Assembly (NCBI GenBank): GCA_039679545.1
Contig: JBDKUT010000064.1
Location: 1-25,253 of the forward strand
Source of the DNA: Thermotogota bacterium
GTDB lineage: Bacteria; Bipolaricaulota; Bipolaricaulia; UBA7950; UBA9294
Length of the DNA stretch: 25,253 nucleotides
Direction of reading: 5' to 3'
The position numbers and the translations under genes were made by a program. This document shows positions 16,224 through 25,050 of this stretch, piece by piece. The notes beneath the pieces were generated by a model. It did no database searches. It saw only the letters and a program-made list of their open reading frames with translations, and had not been told where the DNA came from. The first letter of the stretch is position 1; each line of letters opens with the position of its first letter.

Positions 16224-18262
16224 GCCACACCGTCCTTGGCGACCCGGCCAGCTTGCGCTTCCGCAGCTTCGGCGGGTCTTCCAGCGACGGGCGGAACGCC
16301 TTCCGTCGCCCGTTGCTCGCCGCCCGTTTGGCGGCGCCAGCGCCCCAACGCCATGAGCGGGAAGACGTCGCGGTACAGGTGGTAGCGGATCATGAAGTCG
16401 GTCGGGAACCCGGTCCCCGTGAACGCCTCTTCGTCCCAGCCGCCCTGCGCGTTCTGCGTCTCGACGAGGTAGCGGATTCCCCGCTCAGTGGCCGTGCTGC
16501 GGAGCTCACCTGCGGCGAGCAGACCCAGAAGTGCCCACCCCGTCTGCGACGCCGTGGAGGGACCGCGGCCCCTCCACGCGGGGTCGTAGTACCCCTCGAT
16601 CTTCTCCCCCCATCCGCCGTCGGGATTCTGGTGCGCGAGGAGCCAGTCAACGGCCCGGCGCACGTGCGGCGCCGCCATGTCCTCGCCCACCGCAGCAAGT
16701 CCCGGGAGGACCGCGCCTGTTCCGTAGACGAGGTTCACGCCCCAGCGGCCGTACCACGCGCCGTCCTCTTCTTGCTCGCGGCGCAGGTACTCAAGCGCGC
16801 GACGCACGGTCCGGTCATCCTTCCGCCGACCGATCCGTCCGAGGAACTCGAGGATGTGGCCGGTCACGTCGACCGACGGCGGGTCGATCATCTCCCCGAA
16901 GTCGGCGAACGGGATGTCGCGCGTCCAGGTCTGGGTGTTGTTGCGATCGAACGCGCCCCAGCCACCGCCCCGACTCTGCATTCCGACGAGCCACCGGGTC
17001 CCATGCTCCATCGCGTCCGCCTTGCGCGCCGTGTCGAGATCCATCTTGGTGAGCGCAAGGAGAACGATCGAGCTGTCGTCGGTGTCGGGGTAGACGTCGT
17101 TCTGGAACTCGAACGACCAACCGCCCGGCGCCGCGCTGCAGCGAACAAGCCAGTCGCCGCCGCTCGCGATCTGCTCGTCCATGAGCCAGCTTCCGGCCTT
17201 CACGAGCGCCGGGTGATCGCCCGGCACGCCGGCATCCTCAAGAGCCATCGCCGCGAGCCCGGTGTCCCACACCGGGGACAAGCACGACTGGAGATGAAAT
17301 CGCTCTCCATCGTCGATCGAGAATCCCTGTGGCCCGTAGAACCCGGCGAACCCCTTCGCGAGCGGGCCGTTCCCGTCAAGCCGGTCGCCGAGGAGTTGTA
17401 GGGCGATGAGCGAGTAGACCCACGGCGGCTGGATGCCGCCCCACGCGCCGTCCGCCTCCTGCCGCTCGAGGATCCACCGCTTCGCCTTGCGGATCGCCGT
17501 CTCGCGCAGCGGCTTGTACGGGAGCCTCCCGTAGGCGCGAGAGACCCGGTCGGCGAGGAGGAAGAAGCGGGCGCGTCGCGTGTGCTTCGTCGTCGGGACG
17601 CGGAGGTCGGCGTTCGCGCGCCCGTTCACGAAGAGTTCGTCGATCCTCGCTTCGGAGGGGAGCGGGACGACGGGCTTTCGGTCCATGACGATCGCGAGGG
17701 CGGCGACCGTTTGCCGCGCCCAGCAACCGAACGAGTAGAGGCTGATTGGGAACCACGACGGCAAGAGGACAATCTCGGGCGGAAGCGCGGGGAGACCGCG
17801 CCAATCCCACTCGCCCATCATCGCGAGCCAGATCTTCGTGAAGACGCGGGCCTTCTCGACGCCGCCCTTCGACAGGATGTACGCCCGCGCCCGCGCCATC
17901 TCGGGCCGACCGACCGGGATCCCCGCCATCTTCAGGGCGACGTACGCCTCCGTTGTCGTCGACAGCTCGGCCGGACCGTCGAACCAGTTGGCCCACGTCC
18001 CGTCGGCCCGCTGCTTGGCGAGGATGTACGCGGCCGCACGCGATCGCTCGGCCGCATCGGTGTTCCCGAGGATGTGGCGGAGAAAGACGTGCTCGGCGGT
18101 GATCGTCACGTTCGACTCGAGTTCGGCCCACCAGTAGCCGGCGTTGTACTGGATCTCAAACAGGTGGGCGACGGCGTGGTCGATGGCGCGGCCGACGGCG
18201 CGATCCAGATCGAGCGCGGGAGCGGAGGTCGGGTCCTTCGGGATTCGTGTCGCGCTAGCCAC
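16220..18262 (-). CDS. shc: Squalene-hopene cyclase
   Basis: Start GTG 18262 (RBS AAGGAGG); GYWWAELE, RVFTKIWLA, GGIQPPW, SPVWDT, catalytic YPDTDD, several QW repeats, FTGTGFP. Confidence 0.96.
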   Translation of the reverse strand: MASATRIPKDPTSAPALDLDRAVGRAIDHAVAHLFEIQYNAGYWWAELESNVTITAEHVFLRHILGNTDAAERSRAAAYILAKQRADGTWANWFDGPAELSTTTEAYVALKMAGIPVGRPEMARARAYILSKGGVEKARVFTKIWLAMMGEWDWRGLPALPPEIVLLPSWFPISLYSFGCWARQTVAALAIVMDRKPVVPLPSEARIDELFVNGRANADLRVPTTKHTRRARFFLLADRVSRAYGRLPYKPLRETAIRKAKRWILERQEADGAWGGIQPPWVYSLIALQLLGDRLDGNGPLAKGFAGFYGPQGFSIDDGERFHLQSCLSPVWDTGLAAMALEDAGVPGDHPALVKAGSWLMDEQIASGGDWLVRCSAAPGGWSFEFQNDVYPDTDDSSIVLLALTKMDLDTARKADAMEHGTRWLVGMQSRGGGWGAFDRNNTQTWTRDIPFADFGEMIDPPSVDVTGHILEFLGRIGRRKDDRTVRRALEYLRREQEEDGAWYGRWGVNLVYGTGAVLPGLAAVGEDMAAPHVRRAVDWLLAHQNPDGGWGEKIEGYYDPAWRGRGPSTASQTGWALLGLLAAGELRSTATERGIRYLVETQNAQGGWDEEAFTGTGFPTDFMIRYHLYRDVFPLMALGRWRRQTGGEQRATEGVPPVAGRPAEAAEAQAGRVAKDGVA

Positions 18263-19319
18263 GGGTCCTCCTTTGCTCAACGAATGCGCGCACGGCCGCG
18301 ACGACTTCGCCCACAAGCCGATCCTCCGGAACCGCGGTCGCCGTCGGCTCACCACTCACGTACACGGTCCCCTGGCCGCGGCTTCCGACGATCCCGACGT
18401 CGGCGTCCTTCACTTCGCCGAGCCCGTTCACGGCGCACCCCATCAACGCCACCTTCACCGGCTCGACAACGTCGCTCAGTGACCGGCGGACCTCGTCGGC
18501 GATCCGCGCGAGGTCGATGCCGGTGCGACCGCACGTCGGGCAAACGTGGAGGTCGACGCCGCGTTGCCTGAGGCCGAGCGAGCGCAGGATCTCGTAGGCG
18601 GCACCGACCTCGGCGGTGGGGTCGCCGGCAAGGGAAACCCGAATCGTGTCGCCGATCCCTTCGGCAAGGAGAATGCCGAGTCCGACGGCGGAGCGGATGG
18701 CCCCCTCCCACGCCGTCCCCGCCTCAGTGATCCCGATGTGGAGTGGGTAGTCGATCTCCGTGGCGACGGCGCGGTACGCGTCGACGGTCATGCGCACGTC
18801 GGTCGCCTTGAGCGACACGACAATGTCCTTGACGTCGTGCCGCTCGAGGAGCCGGATCTCGTTGAGGGCACTCTCGACCATGCCGGGGGCCGTCGCGCGT
18901 CCGTGTGCGTCGAGGTACTCCTTCGCCAGCGACCCCGAGTTCGCCCCGACGCGGATGGGGATGCCGGCCTTCTGCGCCGCCTCCGCGACCTCGCCGATTC
19001 GCGCGGGGTCGGTGATGTTGCCCGGGTTGAGGCGCAGTTTGTCGACGCCGGCCTCGATCGAGGCAAGGGCAAGCCGATAGTCGAAGTGGATGTCAGCCAC
19101 GAGGGGGATCGAGATCGACCGCTTGATCTCAGGGAGCGCCTCGGCAGCGGCGAAGTCGGGGACGGCGACGCGGACGATCTCGCAACCGACGGTCTCGAGG
19201 CGCCGGATCTGGGCGATCGTCGCCGCCGCGTCGGCGGTGTTCGTGTTCGTCATCGACTGGACGACGATCGGGACCCCTCCGCCGATCGGAACGCCGCCCA
19301 CGCTCACGCGCTTCGTCAT
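18255..19319 (-). CDS. ispG: (E)-4-hydroxy-3-methylbut-2-enyl-diphosphate synthase
   Basis: Start ATG 19319 (ATGA overlap); VQSMTNT, PLVADIHFDY, RLNPGNI, HIGITEAG, GDTIRVSL, CPTCGR, MGCAVNGLGE. Confidence 0.96.
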   Translation of the reverse strand: MTKRVSVGGVPIGGGVPIVVQSMTNTNTADAAATIAQIRRLETVGCEIVRVAVPDFAAAEALPEIKRSISIPLVADIHFDYRLALASIEAGVDKLRLNPGNITDPARIGEVAEAAQKAGIPIRVGANSGSLAKEYLDAHGRATAPGMVESALNEIRLLERHDVKDIVVSLKATDVRMTVDAYRAVATEIDYPLHIGITEAGTAWEGAIRSAVGLGILLAEGIGDTIRVSLAGDPTAEVGAAYEILRSLGLRQRGVDLHVCPTCGRTGIDLARIADEVRRSLSDVVEPVKVALMGCAVNGLGEVKDADVGIVGSRGQGTVYVSGEPTATAVPEDRLVGEVVAAVRAFVEQRRTRG

Positions 19320-19948
19320 GCCGCCTCCTCCTCGAGGACGCCGACGATTCCGGTCACGGCGCGCCCAAGCTCCCGGCCGGCGAGCGCCGAGCGGCGGGCG
19401 AGGTCGAGGGCGGCACGCGGGTGGCGCAGCGCCGCGAGCCACAGAGGCCCCTGACCGGAGAACGGCAGATCCTCGTCGGCCGAGTCGAGGACCACGCGGC
19501 AGGAGAGAAACGGCACGTCGTGAGCCACCGCCCACCGGGCGAGCGGTCCGCTCTCAAGATCGACGCTTTTCGCCCCCGTCGTTCCGAGCTCTCGCTTCGC
19601 GGCCGCGCCCGCGACGACGCTGACGGACGCGCTGGTCCCCGTCCACACGGAGAACTGGAGCTCGTCGAGCGCGCCGCGTGCCCGCTCAACAAGGGCTTCG
19701 GAGACCGCCAGCGTTTCTCCGCCGTGTACGATCGCCCGCGCGAGGAAGATGTCGCCGGTCCTCATCCCGGCGTCGAGGCCGCCCGAGAATCCGGTTGAGA
19801 GGAGAAGCGACGGATGAGGGCCCCGTCGAACCCGCGCGTCGAGGTCGGTGGCCGACGCCTCGCCCATCCGCGTCCGCACGACGCGAAGGCCGGGGCGTCG
19901 CTCGACCCACCGCGTCTCCCGTCGGAAGCAGCCCGTCACGACGATCAT
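19316..19948 (-). CDS. hpnG: Hopanoid-associated nucleoside phosphorylase-like protein
   Basis: LLSTGFSGGL...GDI, VDLES, FLSCRVVLD (PNP/MTAN fold); coupled directly downstream of hpnH. Confidence 0.8.
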   Translation of the reverse strand: MIVVTGCFRRETRWVERRPGLRVVRTRMGEASATDLDARVRRGPHPSLLLSTGFSGGLDAGMRTGDIFLARAIVHGGETLAVSEALVERARGALDELQFSVWTGTSASVSVVAGAAAKRELGTTGAKSVDLESGPLARWAVAHDVPFLSCRVVLDSADEDLPFSGQGPLWLAALRHPRAALDLARRSALAGRELGRAVTGIVGVLEEEAA

Positions 19949-20946
19949 CCCCACACCCCTCGCGCCACGCGAACGAGGTTCGCCGGCTTGTGCAACGCGT
20001 CGAGGATGCTGGCGCCCTCAAACGACGAGTGCATCATGCAGTTCCCGCACCGCGGGTCGACGCCCGGCCCGTACTTCGTCCACACCTCGGGCGCGAACAA
20101 CTCCGTAACGTCGTCCGTGTGGCGGTCGGCGAGCGCGTAGCACGGAAGCCGCCATCCCTTGACGGTGTACGTCACCGTCGTCCACGCCGCGCACGTGTAC
20201 TCCCGATCCCCGCGCAGGAAGTCGAGATAGAGAGGGTTGTTGTAGAACGGAAAGCCCTTCGCTGGGTCAAGGACGCGCCGGAAGACGGCGACGGACTCCT
20301 GCCGCTCGAGGAAGAGGTTGCGGTTCGAGACGTCGCCGTACGCGTATCCCGGTGACACCATGAGCCCCTCGACGCCGAGGGTCTGAAGCGTCGCGAACAG
20401 CGCGTGCAGGTCTTCCACGTCCGAACCGTGGAAGAGGGTCGTGTTCGTGCAGACGCGATGTCCTCGTGCCACGGCCTCGCGGATCCCGGCGATCGCCGTC
20501 GCGTAGGTGCCCGGCCGTTCGGTGACACGATCGTGCACGACCTCCGTTCCGTCGAGGTGGACGACGAAGGCAAGCTGGCGCGACGGCTCGAACAGGTCGA
20601 GCTTCTCTTGAAGCAGAAGGCCGTTTGTGCAGAAGTACATGTACCGCCCATCGTCCTTCAGCGCGCGGACGATGTCGCCGATCTGAGGGTGAAGGAGCGG
20701 TTCGCCGCCCGAGACGGACACGATCGGCGCGCCCGACGCTCGCACCGCGGCCAGACAAGCGTCGACGCCGAGGCGGTGGTCGACAACGTCGCGGTACTCC
20801 CGGACGCGGCCGCACCCGGTGCACGCCAGGTTGCACAGCTCGAGCGGTTCGAGCATCGTGACGAACGGGAACCGCTTCCGCAGGCGAAGCTTGCTCCCTG
20901 CAATGTGCCGAGCCACCGCCACGTCCAGTGGGAACGGACGACTCAT
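19945..20946 (-). CDS. hpnH: Adenosylhopane synthase, radical SAM
   Basis: Start ATG 20946 (ATGA overlap); MLEPLELCNLACTGCG, VSGGEPLLHP, CTNG, VHLDG, SPGYAY, DPRCGNCMMHS. Confidence 0.92.
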   Translation of the reverse strand: MSRPFPLDVAVARHIAGSKLRLRKRFPFVTMLEPLELCNLACTGCGRVREYRDVVDHRLGVDACLAAVRASGAPIVSVSGGEPLLHPQIGDIVRALKDDGRYMYFCTNGLLLQEKLDLFEPSRQLAFVVHLDGTEVVHDRVTERPGTYATAIAGIREAVARGHRVCTNTTLFHGSDVEDLHALFATLQTLGVEGLMVSPGYAYGDVSNRNLFLERQESVAVFRRVLDPAKGFPFYNNPLYLDFLRGDREYTCAAWTTVTYTVKGWRLPCYALADRHTDDVTELFAPEVWTKYGPGVDPRCGNCMMHSSFEGASILDALHKPANLVRVARGVWG

Positions 20947-21929
20947 TTCTCCCTCCCCGCGAGGTACCCGAACAGCGACCGAGCCTCGCCCTTGCCCTTC
21001 GGAGACAACGGCAGGGATTCGAGTCCCGCGTCGGCCTCCGCCAGGTACTCCCGCACCTTCGCCGCGCCTTCGTCGCGCACGCCAAGCCGCTCCATCGTTT
21101 CGATCACCCAACGCACGTCAACCTCGGACACCGGCTCGCTCGCGTAGATCTTCTCCAAGCGCGTCCGCTCCGGCGCCGCGGCGCGCGAGAACGCGGCCGC
21201 CACGGGGAATGACTTCTTGCGCCGCCGCACGTCGGAACCGCGCGGCTTTCCGACCACGTCTCCGTTTCCCCAGACGCCGAGAAGGTCGTCCTGAATCTGG
21301 AACGCTCGCCCGACCGCGCGTCCGAGCCTCTTGAGGCGCTCGCGCACATCGACGCCCGCCCCGGCGACGATGCCGCCAAGTTCGAACGCACACTCAAGAA
21401 GCGCCCCCGTCTTCTTGTCGACCATCCGCAGGTACTCATCGACGGTCGCGAGCCTCTTCTCAAACGCGAGATCGAGCGACTGTCCCTCGATCATCTCGGC
21501 CGTCGCCGCCGCCAGGGCCGTCGAGGCATCGCCACCGGCCCGCAGGACGACGGCGGTCGCGAGGGAGTGCAGCAAGTCGCCGGCGTTGATCGCTTCCGCG
21601 ACCCCGGTTCTCGCCCACACCGTCGGACGACCACGGCGCGTCTTATCCTGGTCCTGAATGTCGTCGTGGACGAGCGAGAAGTTGTGAATGAGTTCGAGGC
21701 CGACGGCGGCGGGAAGGGCCTTCGCGGTCGGCGCGCCGAGCTCGTTGGCGACGAACAGGACGAGGCTCGGTCGAAGCAGCTTGCCCATCCCGTCGATCGC
21801 TCGACCGTCCTCGCCCTCCAGGCCCGCGTGGATTCGCAGCTCCTTCAGAAGCGGCGTGTCGCCGCGCAGGGCGTCGGCGATCGCGGCCCGGATCTCGTCT
21901 CGGTGTGCGTCCAGAATCTTCGGCGTCAT
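20943..21929 (-). CDS. Short-chain polyprenyl diphosphate synthase (FPP/GGPP synthase)
   Basis: GKLLRP, FARM NFSLVHDDIQD..RRGRPT, GQSLD, KTGAL, FQIQDDLLG; start ATG 21929 (or GTG 21938). Confidence 0.92.
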   Translation of the reverse strand: MTPKILDAHRDEIRAAIADALRGDTPLLKELRIHAGLEGEDGRAIDGMGKLLRPSLVLFVANELGAPTAKALPAAVGLELIHNFSLVHDDIQDQDKTRRGRPTVWARTGVAEAINAGDLLHSLATAVVLRAGGDASTALAAATAEMIEGQSLDLAFEKRLATVDEYLRMVDKKTGALLECAFELGGIVAGAGVDVRERLKRLGRAVGRAFQIQDDLLGVWGNGDVVGKPRGSDVRRRKKSFPVAAAFSRAAAPERTRLEKIYASEPVSEVDVRWVIETMERLGVRDEGAAKVREYLAEADAGLESLPLSPKGKGEARSLFGYLAGREK

Positions 21930-21930
21930 C

Positions 21931-22551
21931 TCATTCACGTCCCGGCTCGGGGAGCGCGACGGCAACCCCCAGTCGCTCCGCCGCGGTGACAAGGTCGGCG
22001 GCCGAGCGCGCGCCGACCTTGCGCATCAGTCGTGCGCGGTGGTTGCGCACCGTGTGGATGCTCCGGTGAAGCAGCTCGGCGATCTCTCCGTTCGTCTTCC
22101 CTTCCACCACGAGCTGGAGAACCTCCCGCTCTCTCGAGGTCAGCGGCTCGTCGAGAGGCTCACCGTCGTCGACGAGGCAGGTCTCGCCCGCGGCCACCCG
22201 GCGAACGACCTCGAGCAGGCGCTCGACGGCCGAATCCTTCACAACGTACGCCCGAGCCCCCGCCCGTCGCGCACGAGCGACGAACGAACGATCGTCGTGC
22301 ATCGTGAGGATGACGACGCCCGTCTGCGGCGACAGCCGTGCAATCCGCCGCGTCGCCTCTATGCCATCCAGGAGTGGCATGGAGACGTCCACAAGCGCCA
22401 CGTCGGGACGATGGGCCCGCACCTCGCGGAGCAAGCTCCTCCCGTCTCCCGCCTCCGCAACCACGTCCACGCCGCTCGAGGCGAGCAAAGCTCGAATCCC
22501 CGAACGAACCAACGCGTGATCGTCGGCCAACACCACCCGAATCAACCCCAT
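21931..22551 (-). CDS. NarL/LuxR-family response regulator
   Basis: Start ATG 22551: MGLIRVVLADDHALVRSG, ALVDVSMP, LTMH, HTH LTSREREVLQLVVEGKTNGEIA. Confidence 0.93.
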   Translation of the reverse strand: MGLIRVVLADDHALVRSGIRALLASSGVDVVAEAGDGRSLLREVRAHRPDVALVDVSMPLLDGIEATRRIARLSPQTGVVILTMHDDRSFVARARRAGARAYVVKDSAVERLLEVVRRVAAGETCLVDDGEPLDEPLTSREREVLQLVVEGKTNGEIAELLHRSIHTVRNHRARLMRKVGARSAADLVTAAERLGVAVALPEPGRE

Positions 22552-22557
22552 GCTTCG

Positions 22558-22616
22558 ATTGTATGCCGCTCCGCCACGGGGCAACACAGGGAAACCGTAC
22601 TCATTGGAACTTCCTA
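22558..22616 (-). promoter_or_regulatory. Probable leaderless promoter with candidate response-regulator boxes
   Basis: TACAAT (22563-22558) lies 6 nt before ATG 22551 and there is no RBS. Upstream are two TAGG-N5-CCTA-like 13-mers (22616-22604 and 22599-22587). Confidence 0.45.
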
Positions 22617-23189
22617 GAACGCGATCCGGCGCCCGTAGGCGACGAGGGCGGCGCGGGTGTGGACATCGAGTTTCTCCATCAGGCGCTCGCAGTGACCGTC
22701 GACAGTCTTCCGTTGGATCCCGAGCTCGCAAGCGACCTCGTCGTTCGACCGGCCGGCCGCCACGAGTGCGAGGATCTCGCGTTCTCGTGGGGAGAGCCGT
22801 TCCTCCGATGGGAGGGTTTCTCCGGCCGCCACGCGACGAATGGCCTCAACGAGCGCTTCCGCCGACGCGGACTTCGCGACCAAACCACGGGCCCCACGCG
22901 CGACGGCGGCGGCAGCGTACTCCGGCTCAGAGTGCATCGACAGCATCAGGACTCGGCTCTCCGGGCTCCGGTCGAGGACCTTCGCGATGAGGTCGAGCCC
23001 ATCGATGTCGGGGAGGGCGATGTCGAGGAGGATGACATCCGGACGGAGGGCGGCCGCAAGCTCAAGCGCTCCCGCCCCGTCGCCACACGAGCCAACCACC
23101 CCAAAGTCCGTCTCGAGCGTCAAGAGCCGCGCCAGCCCGTCGCGCACGAGCGCGTGATCATCGACAATCGCAATCCGCGTCGTCCCCAC
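22614..23189 (-). CDS. NarL/LuxR-family response regulator
   Basis: IAIVDDHALVRDG, ILLDIALP, LSMH, LSPREREIL...GRSNDEVA. Confidence 0.93.
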   Translation of the reverse strand: MGTTRIAIVDDHALVRDGLARLLTLETDFGVVGSCGDGAGALELAAALRPDVILLDIALPDIDGLDLIAKVLDRSPESRVLMLSMHSEPEYAAAAVARGARGLVAKSASAEALVEAIRRVAAGETLPSEERLSPREREILALVAAGRSNDEVACELGIQRKTVDGHCERLMEKLDVHTRAALVAYGRRIAF

Positions 23190-24411
23190 AGGGAACCTCC
23201 ACGGTGACGATCGTGCCGCGCTCGGGGGCCGAGGTGATCGACACGGTCCCGCCGGCGATCGTCACACGCTCCTCGATTCCGCGCAATCCCAGTCCGCGCA
23301 GGCCGTCGGGGGCGATGCCGATCCCGTCGTCCTCGATGGAGAGGCGAACCCACGTGCCCTCACTCGAGATTTGGATCGCGACCCGGCTCGCCTTGGCGTG
23401 CCGGACGACGTTCTCCAGGGCCTCTCGCGCGACGTGGTACAGGAGCCCTTCGGCCTCTCGATCAAGCCGGGCGTCAAGGCCCGACTCGACGCGGGTCGCA
23501 AGCTCGTTCTCCTCTCCGACACTCGCCACCAACCGGTCGAGCGACGGGACAAGGCCGAGGTCGTCGAGCAGCGGCGGCCGGATGGAGTAGGCGAGCGTCC
23601 TCGTCTGACGGATCGCCTCGTCGACGATCCCCGTCACCTCGCGGTACTCCTCCTCGCCGAGCTTGGCCTTCGCGGGGGCCAAATGCAGCTTGATCGCCGC
23701 GAGGGACTGGATAAGCCCGTCGTGAAGGCCGCGGGCGATCCTGCGCCGCTCCTCGTCCTGCGCGCCGAGGAGCCGCTTCGACACCCGCGCCAGCTCCGCC
23801 TCCCGCTCCGCCAACAACCGGTTCTTCTTCGTGCCGATCGCGGCGAACGTCCGCACCGTGAACGCAACCACCGCGTACAGGGCCACCGTCCCCGCGAGGA
23901 TGGTGGCAACGTTGTACGAGAGGCTCTGATACGGATCACCGGTCAATGCGAACAAGGACCGGTGCGGAAGCGTCCCGGCCGCCTCAAGAAGCACGAGCGT
24001 TGCATAGCAGGCGACGACCCAGCCAGTTACGAGGGCTCCGTACAGGCGCGGGAGGAAGTAGTTCGCGTAGAGCACCGTGAAGAGGTAGAAGATGTTGCCG
24101 ATCCAGGTACTCCCTCCCATGAAGTGAACAAGGACCGTGATCAGCACGCCCTCAGCGAGGTAGAACCCTGTGTGCGCCCAGTGGAGGGCCCGCTCGGTCC
24201 GCAGACGCTCGATCAGCGCCTTGAACGGGAACGTGAGCAGAAACCAGAGAACAGGCGAGTAGAAGAGCGGGTTCTTGTAGCTGAGCCGGCTCGTGAACAG
24301 AACGACGAGCGCAACAACGGAAAAGACGCCGAGCGTCAGCCGCCGCACCAGGATTGTGCGGACAACTCCCGCTTTGCGTTCGACGAACCCCGCCCCACTG
24401 TCCATGGGCAA
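23158..24411 (-). CDS. Membrane sensor histidine kinase, HisKA_3 type (alternative start ATG 24405)
   Basis: About six hydrophobic segments with short loops; H-box QDEERRRIARGLHDG; N-box EALENVVRHA; G-boxes DDGIG and GLGL. Confidence 0.92.
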   Translation of the reverse strand: MPMDSGAGFVERKAGVVRTILVRRLTLGVFSVVALVVLFTSRLSYKNPLFYSPVLWFLLTFPFKALIERLRTERALHWAHTGFYLAEGVLITVLVHFMGGSTWIGNIFYLFTVLYANYFLPRLYGALVTGWVVACYATLVLLEAAGTLPHRSLFALTGDPYQSLSYNVATILAGTVALYAVVAFTVRTFAAIGTKKNRLLAEREAELARVSKRLLGAQDEERRRIARGLHDGLIQSLAAIKLHLAPAKAKLGEEEYREVTGIVDEAIRQTRTLAYSIRPPLLDDLGLVPSLDRLVASVGEENELATRVESGLDARLDREAEGLLYHVAREALENVVRHAKASRVAIQISSEGTWVRLSIEDDGIGIAPDGLRGLGLRGIEERVTIAGGTVSITSAPERGTIVTVEVPCGDDADCDCR

Positions 24412-24418
24412 GACGGGT

Positions 24419-24697
24419 CTACGTTAGGGTCGGCGGGAGGGCGATCTTCCCGAAGTTCTTCTCGTAGCGCTGCAGGTTCTCACCGATCGCCTGGTAGAGC
24501 CGCTTCATGTGCACCGGATTCAGGATCATGCGCGACTCGAGGATCGCCTGCCCTTCCTGTGGCGAAGCGGCTTGGGGGTCCACGAACAGGAAGTCGACGA
24601 CGAACTCCTCTTGGCGATGGGAGATCAGGGCGAGGTTGGAGTAGTGACCCCGCCGCGTCTCGTTGTCCGCTGTAATCTGCATCTTGCGCTCGGGCAT
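24419..24697 (-). CDS. DUF3467-like small protein
   Basis: G.YSNLALISH..EEFVVDF ... SRMILNP.HMKRL..A..ENL..YE..FG.I pattern; RBS GAGGTG. Confidence 0.8.
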   Translation of the reverse strand: MPERKMQITADNETRRGHYSNLALISHRQEEFVVDFLFVDPQAASPQEGQAILESRMILNPVHMKRLYQAIGENLQRYEKNFGKIALPPTLT

Positions 24698-24722
24698 GAA
24701 CGCTCACCTCCACCGAGCCCGC

Positions 24723-24751
24723 ATGGTAGCGGCTCGCGCGCATCGACACAA
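24723..24751 (-). promoter_or_regulatory. Possible promoter for the DUF3467-kinase-regulator genes
   Basis: TTGTGT - 17 nt - TACCAT. Confidence 0.45.
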
Positions 24752-24845
24752 GAAACCGCTCGTCGGGATCTGCATCGCAAGGCCGCCGAGCGGCCGAGCC
24801 GCCCACGCTACCGCACCGTCTCCGTGCCTGGGGATAGGAGCGAAA

Positions 24846-25050
24846 TCCACGTCGCCAGGGTGACGGCGGAGTCCCGCTCTGTAGCCAGGTGGCGAGAATA
24901 CAGGCGCGGCTTGGTCTGGCTACCTTACCAGGGGATCGGCGCAACCTCGCAGGGATCTACGTCGCGAGGATAGCGGCGGAACCTAGCGCGGCTACGTGGC
25001 CAGGGTAGCGGCGCAATCTCGCAGCAATCTACGTCGCGAGATAGCGGTCG
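24846..25050. repeat. Degenerate tandem repeat: six ~24-nt cores at 35-38 nt period
   Basis: Cores start at 24846, 24884, 24919, 24956, 24991 and 25028; consensus about KCTACGTSGCSAGGRTAGCGGCGS. Confidence 0.75.

Noticed and set aside
24846..25050. CRISPR array
   Set aside because: The period of ~36 nt is too short, the linkers are 11-14 nt and partly similar to each other, the repeats are degenerate, and no cas genes are present.
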